Positions 38,550-50,579 are shown, counted from the whole stretch's first letter. The stretch is 63,506 nucleotides of DNA, filler included, from Octopus bimaculoides (GCF_001194135.2; 6 parts of 5 records of this genome joined end to end with filler, not necessarily neighbours in it); one strand, 5' to 3'. Notes: a model not told the origin generated them from the sequence alone. Program-made: numbers and translations.

Positions 38550-39015
38550 TGGGAACATAAATTGCGACTAAGGTTTGGTGGAAGGTTTTGAAAATGAGAC
38601 ATTTGTTCTACAGAACCAGAGGCGGTTTCGTCCAGGTTGGTACCAAAAGGGGTTAAACAATAAATCAATTTTGCTCAGCAAATACAATATTGCTTGATAT
38701 TGTTACATGTAAACAATATTGTTTCATATTTTTTTTTATACTGTTACAGTATTGTTTTATATTGTTATATGTGTCTTACATTGTTTGGCCTTTTCATTCA
38801 CCATATTTTTGTTGAAATATATCACATTCGTTTTAATTAATTTTGAAAATAACGAAGAATTTTATGCAATAACTTGTCATTTTAATTTGGTATTTGGGAC
38901 ATAAATTAGCATGAAAGTTTTAATGAAAGGTTTTTAATTTAGATAACTTTTAAACTGCAAGTTTGTACCATAGAACCAGGGGCAGTTTCAAGCAGATTGA
39001 TAGCAAAAGGGTTAA
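38550..39015. repeat. Two diverged direct copies of a repeat ending aaagggttaa
   Basis: ggg(a)acataaatt...agaaccag.ggc.gttt...caaaagggg?ttaa at about 38550-38656 and 38895-39015; TTAA terminus is piggyBac-like (inference). Confidence 0.5.
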
Positions 39016-39418
39016 TTTTGTGGGTAATCTTATTTCATATTAACATTGTTATATGTGAACAATATTGTTTAATATTATTATATGTGAAACCATAGTGATA
39101 TTGTTATATGTGAAGCAATATTGATATTATGGCGATGTACTTGCATAGCAAGTGCCTTGATTTGAGATCATGAGCTGAAACGAAACAAAAACAGTTGCAG
39201 TTTGGCTGCTAGCTCTGGCAGAATGTGTCCACATAGCCTCCTTTGTTAATTCTTAATAGGTAAGTGTATTTCCTCAAGGTACTGTATCTGTGACAGGGCA
39301 TGAATGAAACCCCCAATTCACATGATCAGCTTTCAGCAAAATGTTTTTTAAAAATATAGCAAAAAAAAAACAACATAAATCTGAGTAAAACTCTTTCATT
39401 ATAAAAATCTTTAAGGCA

Positions 39419-39597
39419 GTGAGAGCTGGTCGGATCATTGTCAGACGAAACACTTGGCATTTCTTCTGGTTCTTTATGACTTTGTCTTTCATCTTTGAGG
39501 TCAATAAAATAAGGTACCAGTTGAGTTCTGGGGTGACATAATCAACTAACGCCTTCCCATAAAATTGCTGCTCTTTTGCCAAAATTTGAAACAATTA
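39419..39597 (+). mobile_element. Degenerate SINE family C copy
   Basis: ctttcatctttgaggtcaataaaataaggtaccagttgagttctggggt...aaaattgctgctcttttgccaaaatttgaaac. Confidence 0.7.
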
Positions 39598-39765
39598 TAA
39601 ACATCTGTTTGTTTTTCCTCTTTTTTAACTCATATTTTATTTTCAGCATTTATTTTTATGAAATAGAAAAAAAAAGGAAAGAAAGAAAGAAAGAAAGAAC
39701 AATTGAGTTTTCCATGGAACATTCCAGACTCATGAGATTCATATTTGTCGTTTTTGTTTTTCCAG

Positions 39766-39882
39766 ATATCCGGCAAAAAAGTTTCAAATGACAAGGTAGT
39801 TTCCTATAATCGGAAACGTAGATCGCTTCCAAAAGCAAGTAAGATCATTGCATCAGCTCAAAGAAAGTCAAGTCAAGATCTT
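39766..39882 (+). CDS. Integrin alpha exon (calf-2 loop containing furin-type site RKRR)
   Basis: ttttccag acceptor, gtgagt donor, phase 0/0, ISGKKVSNDKVVSYNRKRRSLPKASKIIASAQRKSSQDL; in frame with the following three exons. Confidence 0.8.
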
Positions 39883-40584
39883 GTGAGTATCACCTGATTG
39901 AATACTGGGGNNNNNNNNNNNNNNNNNNNNNNNNNNNNNNNNNNNNNNNNNNNNNNNNNNNNNNNNNNNNNNNNNNNNNNNNNNNNNNNNNNNNNNNNNN
40001 NNNNNNNNNNNNNNNNNNNNNNNNNNNNNNNNNNNNNNNNNNNNNNNNNNNNNNNNNNNNNNNNNNNNNNNNNNNNNNNNNNNNNNNNNNNNNNNNNNNN
40101 NNNNNNNNNNNNNNNNNNNNNNNNNNNNNNNNNNNNNNNNNNNNNNNNNNNNNNNNNNNNNNNNNNNNNNNNNNNNNNNNNNNNNNNNNNNNNNNNNNNN
40201 NNNNNNNNNNNNNNNNNNNNNNNNNNNNNNNNNNNNNNNNNNNNNNNNNNNNNNNNNNNNNNNNNNNNNNNNNNNNNNNNNNTATATATATATATATATA
40301 ATGATAATAATAATGATAATAATATTAAGGATAAAATCCCAAATTACAGGTAAAAACTCAATTAAAATCAATTTATTAAAAATTAAAATTAAATTAAGTT
40401 TCACAGTATAAAATGTATATAAATATAGGGAAAAGAACCAAGGTTCATGAATTCATCGATGAAAATCTCTAATACTATATATATATATATATATATATAT
40501 AAGAAATGGAAAACAAAACAATAAATTGAATAATTATAAATTCAATTCAGTTTAATTATTTTATACAAACAAACAACACAGCTC

Positions 40585-40679
40585 ATAAATTACAGCTGTT
40601 TCCGCTTCATTAATTAAACAAAGTTTTTCAAGAATATTCAAATCCGTTTAAATGTGTAATGATGCTTCATCAGATTGAC
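40585..40679 (-). ncRNA. Type-I minimal hammerhead ribozyme, antisense in integrin intron
   Basis: Minus: GUCAAU-CUGAUGA-A-GCAUCAUUA...UAAUGAAGC-G-GAAAC-AGCU-GUA-AUUUAU; stem II 8 of 9 pairs, palindromic ACAGCUGU, stem I 5 of 6 pairs. Confidence 0.65.
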
Positions 40680-40767
40680 ATATCTCCCTCAATATTTCAT
40701 GAAAAACATAAACAGAGCGCAAGGAAAACAAACTTTTTTTCGGACAATGGTAGGAACACACATATAC

Positions 40768-40983
40768 ATGAGGGGGTGCTGAAAGTTCCTGACTTTATGG
40801 GTATCACTAAAGGCTTGGTTGGAAGCCCACTCTTCTGAGTTCTTCTACAAAACTAGAAAAACTGAAGGACTACTACAATGTGTGTGAATTTGAGAAGGGA
40901 ATATCTTGAATAAAATCACAATTAACTGATCCTCTTGTATTTTCTTTTACTCAAAGCCAAAAACTTTTCTACACACACTCATG
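40768..40983. mobile_element. Mariner-type MITE
   Basis: Termini gagggggtgctgaaagttcctgactt / aaagccaaaaacttttctacacacactc; related copy in opposite orientation at 57993-58170. Confidence 0.7.
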
Positions 40984-41321
40984 TGTATGTTTATATATAT
41001 ATATATATATATACAATTAAACCTTGGGAGAGGCATTATGCCGGTAATAAACACACGCACTGGTTCAGTCCTTTATTAATTTATATAGTTTTTTGTTAAA
41101 TTATTTCATTNNNNNNNNNNACGCACTGGTTCAGTCCTTTATTAATTTATATAGTTTTTTGTTAAATTATTTCATTGCACTCTTGCAATCTCTTCAGTAA
41201 CTTGTCTCTCCACTTCCATTTATTTTGAATGTATGATCTGAATATATATATGTGTGTGTGTGGATGTGTGTCTATTTGTATGGATATTGAAATGAAAGTT
41301 AACTTTTTTTAATTTTCTTAG

Positions 41322-41438
41322 AACTGTGACAGTGGAGCAAAATGTTACAGGATTGTCTGTGATATTGGCAATTTAGAAGGAGAGAAAAGTGCTACGATTG
41401 TCATTCGGTCTCGACTATGGGAAGCCACATTGCTAGAA
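41322..41438 (+). CDS. Integrin alpha exon (calf-2)
   Basis: ttttcttag acceptor, gtaagt donor; NCDSGAKCYRIVCDIGNLEGEKSATIVIRSRLWEATLLE matches the integrin alpha C..C..I.C.......RSRLW..T.LE motif. Confidence 0.93.
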
Positions 41439-41819
41439 GTAAGTTATTGCTTTTTCTGTCCATAAACAATCAGTTGAATTGCTATCACCATTCTTTCTCA
41501 AACTAAGAAGTTTGTGTGAAAAACAAAAAATCAGAATAATTATTAACAGTAGTCTTCATTCTTTTGTGTAACCAAACTAGAACTACCAAAATTATTGAAT
41601 TTCATATGTCATGTGACTAGATCAGAGATTGTGTGTCTATAATAAGTGTAGGAGAGTTGTGGCAGTCATTAAAAACATACATGCACTGTTATATTCACTT
41701 TTAATTTATTGTTTTATCTGATAATAAAAGTGCTAACTTGATATCTTAAAGATAGCAGGGTGTTAAAATCTAGTCATCCATACTATGACCCACCTTTCAG
41801 AAGTTTATTCAAAGTCTAA

Positions 41820-41866
<47 letters not shown>

Positions 41867-42324
41867 NNNNNNNNNNNNNNNNNNNNNNNNNNNNNNNNNN
41901 NNNNNNNNNNNNNNNNNNNNNNNNNNNNNNNNNNNNNNNNNNNNNNNNNNNNNNNNNNNNNNNNNNNNNNNNNNNNNNNNNNNNNNNNNNNNNNNNNNNN
42001 NNNNNNNNNNNNNNNNNNNNNNNNNNNNNNNNNNNNNNNNNNNNNNNNNNNNNNNNNNNNNNNNNNNNNNNNNNNNNNNNNNNNNNNNNNNNNNNNNNNN
42101 NNNNNNNNNNNNNNNNNNNNNNNNNNNNNNNNNNNNNNNNNNNNNNNNNNNNNNNNNNNNNNNNNNNNNNNNNNNNNNNNNNNNNNNNNNNNNNNNNNNN
42201 NNNNNNNNNNNNNNNNNNNNNNNNNNNNNNNNNNNNNNNNNNNNNNNNNNNNNNNNNNNNNNNNNNNNNNNNNNNNNNNNNNNNNNNNNNNNNNNNNTAT
42301 ATATATATATATATATATATATAT

Positions 42325-42500
42325 GGGAGAATTTACGAAAAAAACAACAGACGAAGACAGGTGGTGTAAACAACAAATGGAGGTATTAGTTTAACGCTCG
42401 GGAATAGAGAAAGTCTTTGACGTTTCGAGGCTATGCTCTTCAACTGAAAGGAACACAGAAAGAAACAAGGAGAAAAAAAATATAAATGTAGTGGTCAACG
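42325..42500 (-). mobile_element. Short interspersed repeat related to 16710-16875, with hammerhead-like relic
   Basis: Shared blocks with the 16.7-kb copy; minus CUUU-CAGUUGA-A-GAG(cauagc)CUC-GAAAC-GUC-AAAG. Confidence 0.6.
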
Positions 42501-42710
42501 ATAAATGCATGCTGTCCGGCATTCGCCATGATAGATCACTGACCACTACATTTGGATTGTACTAATTTATGACTGTGTGTGTGTGTTAAGAAATTTGTCC
42601 TTGTCTTTATTGTAACACAAGCAGTTATAGTCGAAAGATTATCTCAGTTATCTGATAAGGTTTAAACTCTTGCTAATTTTGTCAATCCTGTCTCCTTCTC
42701 TACATTGCAG

Positions 42711-42818
42711 GAATTCCGAAATGCTGATGAAGTGAACATCAGGTCTCGTGCCAGTTTTGAAATTACTTCAAATAATATCGATATTAAAGAGACTGATTTA
42801 AGAAATAATGTATATGAT
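42711..42818 (+). CDS. Integrin alpha exon (end of calf-2)
   Basis: cattgcag acceptor, gtaagt donor, phase 0/0; EFRNADEVNIRSRASFEITSNNIDIKETDLRNNVYD. Confidence 0.88.
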
Positions 42819-43049
42819 GTAAGTCATAGCACCATTGTTGTTGCCCGATGATCTTTGTATATGTCTTGCTAGGGTGGGGATGAGAGATGCAGTCACAACT
42901 TGGGTGCATGTGTGAAGGGGTACAAAATTTTTTCTTTTGCTTATCCTCTTTGTGAATTAATATGGGAGTGCCAAAATTGCCCTTATCTCTGGAAAATAAG
43001 AATCCTTGCTGTACCATTGGTCCCATGATTTTTAGATTGGTAGAATTGG

Positions 43050-43166
43050 TAAAAACATTGACAAAATGACTTGGAGTATTTAGTTCTATATACATTCTGA
43101 GTTCAAATGCTGTCATGGTATACTTTGTCATTTATCCATTCAGGTGTCAGTAAAATAAAGTACCAG
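43050..43166 (+). mobile_element. Degenerate SINE family C fragment
   Basis: acattctgagttcaaatgc...taaaataaagtaccag. Confidence 0.6.
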
Positions 43167-43400
43167 TCCAGCCCACCTCTATCACCTGTCCAGCCCACCT
43201 CTATCACCTGTCCAGCCTACCTCTATCACCTGTCCAGCCCACCTCTATCACCTGTCCAGCCCACCTCTATCACCTGTCCAGCCCACCTCTATCACCTGTC
43301 CAGCCAACATTTGTATCACCTGTCCAGCCCACCTTCATTACTAGTCCAGCCAACATCTGTATCACCTGTCCAGTGCACCTCTGTCACCTGTCCTGCCCAC
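43167..43400. repeat. 22-bp minisatellite, about 10 copies
   Basis: Unit tccagcccacctctatcacctg, degenerating rightwards. Confidence 0.92.
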
Positions 43401-43657
43401 TCTCATCCCACCCACAATTGCTTCTGTGATCTAAGGGAGATGGATTGATGAATGTCCTTTCATCCCTGCAGGGTACATAAAATAAGGCACCCACCACCCA
43501 GCTTTGTACTGGGTTTCGGTGGAAAGAGTAGTTATGATGAATTTAATTCTATATCTCTGCCTTTCAACCTCGTCCTCTTCCTCCTCTATACACCTTTCCC
43601 ATTGTCGTAGTGCCATTCAATGTCGTTTTTTTTTTCTTTCTTTCTTTGTTTTCCCAG

Positions 43658-43783
43658 GTGGTAACAGTCGCCATTCCTGATATCGATGTCTCTCTTCCTC
43701 CGCCTGTCCCATGGTGGATTATTCTCATCGCAGTCCTCATTGGCCTCTTGTTTCTCTTCCTCTTAGGATTCCTGTTATGGAAG
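43658..43783 (+). CDS. Integrin alpha transmembrane exon
   Basis: Long pyrimidine tract-cccag acceptor, aag|gtgagt donor; VVTVAIPDIDVSLPPPVPWWIILIAVLIGLLFLFLLGFLLWK, the classic VPWWII...LWK helix that precedes GFFKR. Confidence 0.95.
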
Positions 43784-43936
43784 GTGAGTATCATCACTGA
43801 TTTGTCTTCTCTCTGTTAAAGGTGGAGTGGGTGGGTGGGGTGGTTGGAGGGAAGCAGTAACGGTGTACTGCTGCTATTTCTGTTCATTTCTCTACTCCAA
43901 CTGCTACTCTCACCATGCAACATTCCTCAAGCTAAA

Positions 43937-44330
43937 CATCATCCTCATCATCAATGTCCACTTTTCCATGCTTGCATGGGCTGGATGTGACTTGTTGAGG
44001 CAAATTTTCTACAACTGGATGCCCTTCCTGTTGCCAAATAAGGTAATATTTCCCCTCATGAATGTCTTTGGATTAGTGGTCAGGAGTTTTCACAGATCTT
44101 TCCCATTTGGCTGCCAATTTAAGCCAAATTTCTGCTCAAATTGATTTCATATTCAATGTAATAATACACTTTTATAGCCTAATGTCGTGGCATGTAAAAG
44201 TACCCATTATACTCTCAGAGGGGTTAGCATTAGGAAGGGCATCCAGCCATAGAGTCTGGTGCAGCCTTGGTCAAACTGTCCAACCCATGCCAGTTTGGAC
44301 AATGGACTTAAAACAATGACGATGATGATG
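43937..44330. repeat. Second inverted pair of the (GAT)n-tailed repeat family
   Basis: 43937-44037 (minus copy) and 44223-44330 (plus copy), same family as 7888-8267. Confidence 0.65.
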
Positions 44331-44504
44331 TGCGTGTGTGTGTGTGGATCATTTTCACCTAGACAGGAAACAGGATTTCGAAGCTGTTAGGTAACTATTA
44401 GGTAACACCTTCCATTTTTATTTTCTTCTTTATTTTGTACTCTGCATTCCATGTAAATATACCCATTGACCCAAACTTGTATTTATTTGCCTTTCTACTT
44501 ATAT

Positions 44505-44757
44505 AGGTATATGGCTGTGTGGTAAGAAGCTTGCTTCCCAACCACATGGGTCTGGGTTCAGTCCCACTGCGTGGCACCTTGGGCAGGTGTCTTCTACCAT
44601 AGCTTGAGGCCAACCAAAGCCTTGTGAGTGGATTTAGTAGATGGAAACTGAAAGAAGCCCATCGTATATATATATATGTGTGTGTGTGTCTGTCTGTCTG
44701 TCCTCCCACCATTGTTTGACAGCCAATGTTAGTGTGTTTACATCCCCGTAACTTAGC
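44505..44757 (+). mobile_element. SINE family A copy, cut by scaffold end
   Basis: atggctgtgtggtaagaagcttgcttcccaaccacatgg...ggttcagtccc. Confidence 0.85.
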
Positions 44758-44857
44758 NNNNNNNNNNNNNNNNNNNNNNNNNNNNNNNNNNNNNNNNNNN
44801 NTTAATTAATTAANNNNNNNNNNNNNNNNNNNNNNNNNNNNNNNNNNNNNNNNNNNN
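44758..44857. other. Artificial scaffold-joining spacer
   Basis: N44-TTAATTAATTAA(44802-44813)-N44. Confidence 0.95.
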
Positions 44858-45805
44858 TATTTCAACTTTCAACATATCATTCCTCTAGAGAAGTTAATTC
44901 ATTTTGTATTTTAAAAAAATAACTATTTCAAAATAAAATAACTGAACAAATATGTATAGTGTAGAAATGCGTATTTTGGTAAGGTAGGTATTTAAGTGCT
45001 AAATATTTCAACAAGAAGATTAGTCATTGCACGTATACTAAAATATGTTTGTTGATTCACTTATTTAGTTAGTTGAAATGTCTGAGTTTATTGAATCAGA
45101 TATATAAATATAACGTTCTGTTTCAGCTTTTCATCTTTCACTATTCTAAAGAGATTTACAATAAGGGAAAAAGGCAACAAGTTCTGAACTCTGTTTATTT
45201 TGGGAAAGGAATGGATAATATTAAAATGTGACTACTTTTTTTCTCCTTCCAAAATGCAACGCATAAACAAAATAATTACAGAATTTAAAGAACAAACAAC
45301 AATCTTAGTGCAATAAAATCTAAACACAAACACAAAAACCTAAACGTTCTAAATATCAGCACTACAAGGTAAGTTCTTCGCAAAATATTGTAAGGTAAAG
45401 ACTGCTACATGCATATACACACACACATGTGTATGTGTGTATGTGTTTATGTATGTATATATATATGCATATATACATATATATGTGTGTATATGTGCAC
45501 ACATTCACATATTTAGGTATATAATAGCGTGTATGAAGCATTATGAAATAGATATACAGTGCTTAAGAAAAGCTACAAGAGTTAAATTTTAAGAGATGAG
45601 AATGACAAAAGAAACAAACAAGGAGAACAATATTTTAAGCTTTTAACTAATATATTGATATTTCGGGTAAAGAATCCCTTATCAAGAATATTAAAATCGG
45701 AGTTGAAAGAGTAAATCATTGCTCGGGAGGTTTTTTGATTTTACCTCTCTTTTCGCTCGTTTATTTCCAACTTGCACTTCAGTCGATATATTTAACACCA
45801 TTATT

Positions 45806-45845
<40 letters not shown>

Positions 45846-47347
45846 NNNNNNNNNNNNNNNNNNNNNNNNNNNNNNNNNNNNNNNNNNNNNNNNNNNNNNN
45901 NNNNNNNNNNNNNNNNNNNNNNNNNNNNNNNNNNNNNNNNNNNNNNNNNNNNNNNNNNNNNNNNNNNNNNNNNNNNNNNNNNNNNNNNNNNNNNNNNNNN
46001 NNNNNNNNNNNNNNNNNNNNNNNNNNNNNNNNNNNNNNNNNNNNNNNNNNNNNNNNNNNNNNNNNNNNNNNNNNNNNNNNNNNNNNNNNNNNNNNNNNNN
46101 NNNNNNNNNNNNNNNNNNNNNNNNNNNNNNNNNNNNNNNNNNNNNNNNNNNNNNNNNNNNNNNNNNNNNNNNNNNNNNNNNNNNNNNNNNNNNNNNNNNN
46201 NNNNNNNNNNNNNNNNNNNNNNNNNNNNNNNNNNNNNNNNNNNNNNNNNNNNNNNNNNNNNNNNNNNNNNNNNNNNNNNNNNNNNNNNNNNNNNNNNNNN
46301 NNNNNNNNNNNNNNNNNNNNNNNNNNNNNNNNNNNNNNNNNNNNNNNNNNNNNNNNNNNNNNNNNNNNNNNNNNNNNNNNNNNNNNNNNNNNNNNNNNNN
46401 NNNNNNNNNNNNNNNNNNNNNNNNNNNNNNNNNNNNNNNNNNNNNNNNNNNNNNNNNNNNNNNNNNNNNNNNNNNNNNNNNNNNNNNNNNNNNNNNNNNN
46501 NNNNNNNNNNNNNNNNNNNNNNNNNNNNNNNNNNNNNNNNNNNNNNNNNNNNNNNNNNNNNNNNNNNNNNNNNNNNNNNNNNNNNNNNNNNNNNNNNNNN
46601 NNNNNNNNNNNNNNNNNNNNNNNNNNNNNNNNNNNNNNNNNNNNNNNNNNNNNNNNNNNNNNNNNNNNNNNNNNNNNNNNNNNNNNNNNNNNNNNNNNNN
46701 NNNNNNNNNNNNNNNNNNNNNNNNNNNNNNNNNNNNNNNNNNNNNNNNNNNNNNNNNNNNNNNNNNNNNNNNNNNNNNNNNNNNNNNNNNNNNNNNNNNN
46801 NATATTCGTATGTGCATGTGTGTGCATTTATGTATATATGTAGACGCACGCACATATTTTGGGGGGAATAGTGGGTCCGCAAGTAGAAAGGCTATAAATA
46901 ATAAGACATAAATATTGAGTCCCAATATTTTCTTACGCAATATTTACACGTCATTATTTATAGTTTTTCTGCTTTAAGGTCCACTCTTTCAAAAAGATTC
47001 GTTTTATGTTCCCACGAAGTTTATGGATTCCTAAAACATCACACTCTTTCCGTCTTCCTTCTCATACAGTTTCTCCAAACACTACACGTTCACGAATGAT
47101 ACTCACGTAGTTATGCGTTCCTTATCAGTAGCAGCCAGTTTCTTTTTTAGCCTTGAGTATGTAAATCTAGGCTGTCACTCATTTATTCCCCTCTTTCTAA
47201 ATTTTCCATGAAGAAAGACACTGACAAAAACTTTGGATTTTCCACATTTCATGGCAAGTTCACTATACTCTTCTTTTGGATTTTACTACATAATATAAAT
47301 ATTGCCGACTCAGGTCAACAGCATATTCTCTGGAGTCTGTTTGAACA

Positions 47348-47531
47348 TATTCTTTTACTTGTTTCCGTCATTTGACTGCGGCCATACTAGAGCACGGACT
47401 TTAGTCGAACAAATCGACCCCAGGACTTATTCTTTGTAAGCCTAGTAATTATTCAATCGATTTCTTTTGCCGAACCGCTAGGACACGGGGGACGTAAACA
47501 CACCAACGTCGGTGTCAAGCGATGATAGGAC

Positions 47532-47566
<35 letters not shown>

Positions 47567-47718
47567 CACACNNNNNNNNNNNNNNNNNNNNNNNNNNNNN
47601 NNNNGCATTGGGACTGAACCCAGAACCATGTAGTTGGGAAGCAAGTTTCTTCCACACAGCCACTCCTGCGCCTATTGCACAGCCACTCCTGCGCCTATTG
47701 CACAGCCACTCCTGCGTC

Positions 47719-47720
<2 letters not shown>
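47348..47720 (-). mobile_element. SINE family A copy with triplicated 5' end
   Basis: Family A body; cacagccactcctgcgcctattg three times at 47655-47720. Confidence 0.85.
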
Positions 47721-47771
<51 letters not shown>

Positions 47772-47772
<1 letters not shown>

Positions 47773-48202
47773 GTAAAGATATTATATTGAAAGACTTCAA
47801 ACAAAAATCATGCCTCCTCATTGATATGACTGTCCCAATCGATATAAACGTATCTGTCAAGACCTACCAAAAATTGAGCAAGTATAAAGATCTTGAAATA
47901 GAAAGGGGCTGATTCCTACCTAGCTCAGATACCAGGAAACCCCAAAATGGCAGAAATTCAAAAGATAATGCTCATTGGAACTGCCCATATCCTACGTAAA
48001 ATGCTGTCTATGTAATCTCAAATTAAAAAAAAAACTCATAATTTTCTTATGGTTTCTTAAACATTCTCTAGAATGTAAAAAACCAAATATATGACACCCT
48101 AAGCATAACACCAACATGAGCTTCTAACTTGTCTCTAGAGGTCTCTGGGTGAGATTTGGAGCCAACTTGTACAAATGCAAAGCAAAAGTCAAACATAAAA
48201 TA

Positions 48203-48259
<57 letters not shown>

Positions 48260-48960
48260 TTATAGAGAAAAAATGTATCCTTACACAATAACGTGTAATT
48301 CTCTACAGAGAAGTAAGTCATGGGGAACACCAAAAATATCTAAAAGAAATTGCTTGAGCTAAAAGCAGAAACGGAAAGTTTGATTTTATTTGCTCAGGAT
48401 CAATGCCTATCTACAAAGCTGCATCGCTGGTAATATACCGACGCATACCGGCGCACCTAATATATTAACACATCTAATAATTTTTCCGGTACTTGCCGAC
48501 ACAGGCTATTTACCAGCATTTGCTGACGCCGGAAATATGCCGACACATACAATAAACCGACATTTGACGATACGGGCAAGTTGCCGATATTTTGACATGG
48601 AAACTGAGAAGCGGTATACGCACGTATAGAACCTTGGATGTAAAAATAATGTAGCTAAAATAGTCTGAGACATGCCTGTCTGTTCAAGCTGACAAGGATA
48701 TCAAAGAATACCGACCAGATATCACCATCAAAGATTAGAATGAAAATATATGAATTTAAACAGATACCTCGATTCATTCGGATAAAAATATTGCGTGAAA
48801 AGAAGTCTAAAAAGAATCTAATAATGTTCATAGAACTTGAAATGGATGAGTTTAAATGTGGTAATAAAGATGATGTACCGGATATGATATAGTAGAAAAT
48901 GACCAAACAAAAAATAGTAGAAAAAATACCAGAACGTAGAAGCTTTACGCACGCGCACCA
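47772..48960 (+). mobile_element. Cluster of three R4-like REL LINE 3' fragments
   Basis: DIILKDFKQKSCLLIDMTVPIDINVSVKTYQKLSKYKDLEIE and GTAHILRKMLSM* (47772-48013); LKAETESLI..AQDQCL (about 48355-48415); DMP...DKDIKEYRPDITIKD (about 48665-48960). Confidence 0.8.
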
Positions 48961-49137
48961 ACGAGGAAGGATTCTCAGTTGGGGTCTATATGGCCCTTGG
49001 GGGTCCATGTACGATTTTGATGTTAAAATTTATGTAAAATAAACTGGTTTTACACTTCTACAGAACACAAAATATTTTTATTTTGATCTTTATACAATTT
49101 CTGATAATATTTAATTATAAAGAATATAATAGAATTT

Positions 49138-49540
49138 AGGCGTAGGAGTGGCTATATGGTAAGTAGTTTGCTTATTGCGTGGCACCTTGGGCAAGTGTCT
49201 TCTACTATCGCCTCGGGACGACCAAAGCCTTGTCAGTGGATTTGGTAGACGGAAACTGAAATAAGCCCATCGTATATGTGTATTTACATATATATGTATG
49301 TGTGGGTATATGTTTATGTGTCTGTGTTTGCCCCCCCCCCCAACATCGCTTGTCAACCGAAGCTGGTGTGTTTACGTTCCCGTAACATAGCGGTTCGGCA
49401 AAAGAGACGGATAGAATAAGTACTAAGCTTACGAAGAATAAATCCTGGGATTGATTTGCTCGACTAAAGGCGGTGCTCCAGCATAGCCACAGTTAAATGA
49501 CTGAAACAAGTAAAAGAACAGAAAGAATAAAAGAATAAAA
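49138..49540 (+). mobile_element. SINE family A copy
   Basis: aggcgtaggagtggctatatggtaag head through aaaagaataaaa tail. Confidence 0.85.
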
Positions 49541-50471
49541 TGGCTATGAGGGTTGAGAAAAAATGCGTCACATGATCGCTTGACTTCTTAGAAATAACAG
49601 TCAGATTCCCTCAAATCACTACCCGCTGTTTTAAAAATAGTACGGTACGTTGGAGAATGTAATCTCAGATGGAAGGGTATAGGTGTCCAAAAGATATGGT
49701 TGTCACGAATGGAATGTCTTTTGTCATAGGTTTGCTCAACCACAACAAACAAGCCTGAGTTTTAAACAATGATTATGTGTAATTAAAAAGCTACTGGATT
49801 TGACAAAACTCTTTAAAGCGGTGCTCCAGCATGGCTGCTCTCCAGCGATTGAAACAAGTAAAACATTAAAAAATATTTAATTTTTAATTATTTTCTTTTA
49901 AACTAAATAGTTGGCCAGTATTATTTTAGTTATTCTACTACACAGAAACTAGGTACCATTGCAGTTCCAGCTTAATTGCGCCATAAACTGAATATGCACC
50001 AATCAACAACACCGTTTCATTTGTGAAATGCGTTGGGTGCCAATCTTCTGTTCTGATTCAATTCTCAATGTACTATTAATACTTTTAGAAACAAAATACA
50101 GCCTGGCATTCATCTGTTTTAGCGATCTTTTATCAGAAGAAAGCTAAAGAAAGAAAGAAAGGAAGAAAGAAGGAAAGGAAGAAAAGAAGTACAGTGCGAA
50201 GAACACTTTTACTAATAAATGTATTGTGATGTATATTCCAGAATAAGTCTATTATTGTCGTGGGAGAAAGAGCGTTTGTGTGTGGATGAGTGTGTGCGTG
50301 CATGCGTGTGTGTATGTGGAAGTTTGTGTGTATATGTTTGTAAGTGTATCTGGGTGTATGTATTTGTGAGCATATGTGGGAGTGAGGGAAAGAGTGAGAG
50401 ACAGAAAATGAGAGAGAAGGGGAGAGATAGAGAATGATAAAAAGAAAGAGAAAGTGTGTGTGTGTGTGTGC

Positions 50472-50579
<108 letters not shown>

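Noticed and set aside
39274-39594. 106-aa minus-strand ORF as transposase or exon
   Set aside because: Largely the antisense reading of a degenerate SINE C copy.
41055-41176. 56-bp direct repeat either side of a 10-N gap
   Set aside because: Identical sequence flanking a minimal gap is an unmerged contig overlap; the repeat around the 5349-5586 gap is probably similar.
43167-43400. CRISPR-like array
   Set aside because: Head-to-tail units with no unique spacers in a eukaryotic genome; an ordinary minisatellite.
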